DNA of 64,000 nucleotides from Mytilus edulis (taxonomy: Eukaryota), in contig NC_092348.1 of the NCBI RefSeq assembly GCF_963676685.1, forward strand, positions 59,830,001 through 59,894,000, written 5' to 3'. Positions within the stretch are counted from its first letter, which is position 1; each line of letters begins with the position of its first letter. The notes under the pieces were generated by a model. That model did no database searches. It was given only the letters and a program-made list of their open reading frames with translations, and was not told the origin of the DNA. A program made the position numbers and the translations under genes. Below are positions 62,701-64,000 of this stretch, one piece after another.

Positions 62701-63906
62701 AATTATTTTTAGAATAAAAATTTCTCCTTGAAGCAAGTTCTGAATCTTCAATTAAAAATAGAATGCTTATTTTTTTTGTAAATTCATTGGGGTGTAAGAG
62801 TGTTGAATAAAATACATTTTTATAAAGCGCGGCGCTTTATAAAAATGTACTTTAGTCAACTTTTTTGACAATGTTTTTTCTCAGCCTCAGGATAACAATC
62901 TGCTCTATCCCTCTCTCAGCTATCTGTTATTTATATAATGAAAATGTTGGGTTTTTAAAAAAGAATACAATAAATATTGCAAATACAATAACCTATACAC
63001 AGTCATGCAGGCATATTTTTCACATTTTTTTCTATGACTTTCATCTTAATTCTATATATAAAAAAACCAGTCTTTTTGGTCAAAAATTAGATAAAGGCAA
63101 TACTGTACATTCAGAAATAGAATTGTGTGCATTTATTATTGCAATTTTTGAAGATTAAAATTTAAACCGAACTGTGAGATTAATAATAGCAGTTTTTGGA
63201 AAATCTACATACTGATATATAAATGTATCAAGCTCAGAATGGAATGTCTCTTATAGCTGATATTCATTCTGTCCAATAGATAAAAATATTGCAATAATTT
63301 ATAATATATGGTGGTATGATTGCCAATGAGACAACTGTCCACAAGAGACCAACATGACACAGACATTAACAACTATAGGTCACCGTACGGCCTTCAACAA
63401 TTAGCAAAGCCCATACCGCATAGTCCGCAAAGTTCATTCTACTTTTAAATATTTTTAAATCTTACCTTTTTTACATCTTGTAATTCCTTGTCTTTAACAA
63501 TGGTTGTCAGAATCTGTCGCTGAAATGTCCATGAATCAGCCCTTTGTAAATTTCAACTAGTGTTTCAAGTGTAGCATTTTCCTCCATTGTTTTTGTAGAC
63601 ATATCATTAAAAACTGCTTTTTTTATATAAAATCCTCTTCCCGAGGACATATTGTCGAAAGCATCAGTTCCATGCATTGTTTGGCCTTGCTGATATAGCG
63701 TTGTTGGGTTCTGGTGCTGGAATCTCTTATGTAAGCATTCAATTCTTTAACAGGACTAACACCAGAGATAGAAAGAAACTTGATAAGGGACTCAAGTTTA
63801 AGTGAATTTGACACAGAATTCTGATGTCAGACTGTGACAACTGAGAGCCTGTTTCCTGGCTGACCTGAAATTCACTATCAGTATCATCCAAAGCAGATGG
63901 TGTAAC
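59796..63906 (-). pseudogene. Spliced, decayed DNA-transposase gene, N-terminal part (probably Sola3-like)
   Basis: Exons 63906-63466 (three apparent frameshifts), 62583-62277, 61416-61208, 60568-60362 (TAA at 60526-60524) and 59958-59796 have compatible phases. Motifs ADSWTFQRQIL, QLDHFIDFITS..IVKDQPFGEKTLK, CSAVVRKSVEGLD, DHC.YALS..C..H.KLCEDC and WKSH.IRSRNQ..AR..DWTMKFLPRKYRE resemble the DWAMKFLP-type transposases of invertebrates. The Sola3 assignment is from memory of the family. Confidence 0.72.
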
Positions 63907-64000
63907 CTACAAAATAATATTTTAAGAGCCAGTCTGCCATAAAACCATGCAAAATCTCAAATTTCGTCCAAATTGGTAGTTATAACTGGGCAACATAATA

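Overview
AT-rich, intron-rich animal genomic DNA. The repeat repertoire looks like a bivalve, probably Mytilus (inference from recalled repeat families). The window holds three SLC34 (NaPi-II, Na+/phosphate cotransporter) paralogues. Copy A (+, 6208-18550, about 648 aa, with a second candidate first exon at 4468) and copy B (+, 42187-48651, about 626 aa) are intact. Copy C (-, 51357-59726) is a pseudogene lying beyond a 100-N scaffold gap. Its missing 5' exons are replaced by spliced, decayed exons of a Sola3-like transposase that join SLC34 in frame across a 69-nt GT-AG intron. Between A and B is a 7-exon minus-strand gene not resolved by the ORF track (about 241 aa, divergent RGS-like pattern), with a young 5'-truncated CR1-clade LINE in one intron. 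The non-coding DNA carries at least eight type I hammerhead-ribozyme motifs in ~330-nt retrozyme-like repeats of two families, a Penelope-like RT fragment, a 3.8-kb CAC...GTG element with a 5-bp TSD (Transib-like) next to copy B, four long hairpin elements sharing a CGAG-stem-loop-CGAG tip, and many MITEs, SINEs and tandem arrays. All gene models and family calls were made by eye; no searches were run.
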